A DNA stretch of 63,377 bases, the filler included, from Phoronis australis (Eukaryota; Animalia; Phoronida): NCBI GenBank assembly GCA_002633005.1. It is 3 parts of 3 records of this genome, joined end to end, with 100 filler letters (N's around TTAATTAATTAA, not from the genome) between each part and the next. Parts side by side here need not be neighbours in the genome. Positions count along the whole stretch, not along the records: positions 50,758 to 63,377 come from NMRA01001018.1; 2 more parts are not named here. One strand, 5' to 3'. Positions within the stretch are counted from its first letter, which is position 1. Each line of letters starts with the position of its first letter. Made by a program: the position numbers and the translations under genes. Of the stretch, positions 62,164 to 63,377 are shown piece by piece. The notes under the pieces were generated by a model. The model worked only from the letters and a program-made list of their open reading frames with translations, ran no database searches and was not told the DNA's origin.

Positions 62164-62336
62164 ATGTCCAGGAGATCGAATGACAGTTGTCGAATTTACG
62201 TGGGTGGTCTTCCGAACGATGTGAGGTCGAGAGAAGTTGAAGAATTGTTCGAACCATTTGGGAAAATAACTTACGTTGACTTAAAGAACAACAAACGAGG
62301 ACCTCCGTATGCATTCATCGAGTTTGAAGATCCAAG
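62164..62336 (+). CDS. SRSF1: Second SRSF1/SRSF9-like paralogue, exon 1 (RRM1); the gene continues beyond the window
   Basis: Encodes [58 protein letters not shown], ending at donor gttaaa; 173 nt, with the same length and phase-2 intron as the minus-strand gene. Confidence 0.92.
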
Positions 62337-63247
62337 GTTAAAACTTAGCAAATAGTTCTTGGTGATGGATGACTTGCGCATTTATTTTCGCCGCCAGGAT
62401 CGCTAGGAGCGTGGATAGTTCGGTCCACATGCGTCCTCAGCTTCTGATCAGAAGCTGAGGACTCCTGTGGTTCGGTCACTGTTTTCTCGTGAATTGTTTA
62501 TCGTTGATTTTTGCAAATTCCACCAACGTGTGGATCTATTAATGACAATTCTCGAAACTGGTGTAACTAATTGATAAGGCACTCGTATTTTTTAAAATAT
62601 TTATATTATTTTGAGGACTTGCTCACTGTTGAATTGTAGTCCTCCGCTTTTAGCTCAGTCAGCGGTATAGACATTGACCACCGTCCTTCTTCACTATAAT
62701 TGTTGTCATTGGTGCATGGTATATGGTAATTTCCATTACTAGGTTGGTATTTCTGCACACATCTGTGTGTATAAACCACTCTGTTTTATTCGTAAATTGC
62801 TTTTTAATAAAATATAATCTAATATGTAAAATGCATGTAAGACCTTCAGAAAATATTTATTGAATCAAACAAAATAGTTTTCACCTAATACCATTCACAT
62901 CTCAATCTGTTATGTAGCCAAAACCCAGCCCACCAGCCCATAGCAAATACATGGGAAGTTGGGGACTGAAACAACCCTTGCTACTAGCGATCCTAGCTGT
63001 GAAATAACTGTGCAAGCCCCCCTTGCGCATTGAAAAATGTAATCGAATTGCAAATCATGACTGGATACTTGCCAATTAAATCGCATTTTGTTGGGATTGA
63101 ATGTTCCACTTTTGCATCACTAATCAAGACTACTTGTGAGTGACTACTAGTAGTTGACATAGCAAAAGTATACTTGTTCAAGTAGAACATTTCTTTGGGA
63201 CTGACAATGTGCATATTTCATACAATTGAGTGCAATATGTAGACAGT

Positions 63248-63377
63248 TTTGGCTCTCTTACTTTGGCTCTCTTGCTTTGGCTCTCTTACTTTGGCTCTCT
63301 TACTTTGACTCTCTTACTGTGACTCTCTTACTTTGACTCTCGTACTTTGGCTCTCTTACTTTGGCTCTCTTACTTTG
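63248..63377. repeat. 14-bp minisatellite (CTTTGGCTCTCTTA) x about 9
   Basis: Directly visible; runs off the window. Confidence 0.92.

Overview
AT-rich, repeat-dense genomic DNA from a eukaryote, probably an invertebrate bilaterian. It is a draft assembly with two N-gaps (each carrying an artificial TTAATTAATTAA linker) and two single-N joins that duplicate flanking sequence. Four spliced genes can be reconstructed by eye from GT-AG sites and exon phases. (1) A + strand type I membrane protein (exons 2918-14078) with at least five divergent sushi/CCP-like modules, three of them an unusual 6-Cys variant, then a TM helix and an acidic tail. (2) Five - strand exons of an aspartate beta-hydroxylase (ASPH) orthologue (31645-20900); I could not locate its first exon or its catalytic exons. 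(3) A complete 4-exon SRSF1/SRSF9-type SR splicing factor on the - strand (61748-54453). (4) Exon 1 of a second SRSF1/9 paralogue on the + strand (62164-62336), head-to-head with (3), with 415 bp between the start codons. The rest is mobile DNA: an RTE LINE running into a long (TATG)n tract, CR1/L2-type LINE fragments, a Penelope remnant with a degenerate hammerhead ribozyme, a solo LTR with a 5-bp TSD, Gypsy integrase and pogo transposase remnants, Helentron/HINE-like elements whose internal repeats carry CTCF-like motifs, a 5.1-kb TIR element, nested MITEs, an inverted dimer of tRNA-Asp-derived heads, and many minisatellites, one of which multiplies an ASPH splice acceptor. All family assignments come from motif recognition; no database search was run.
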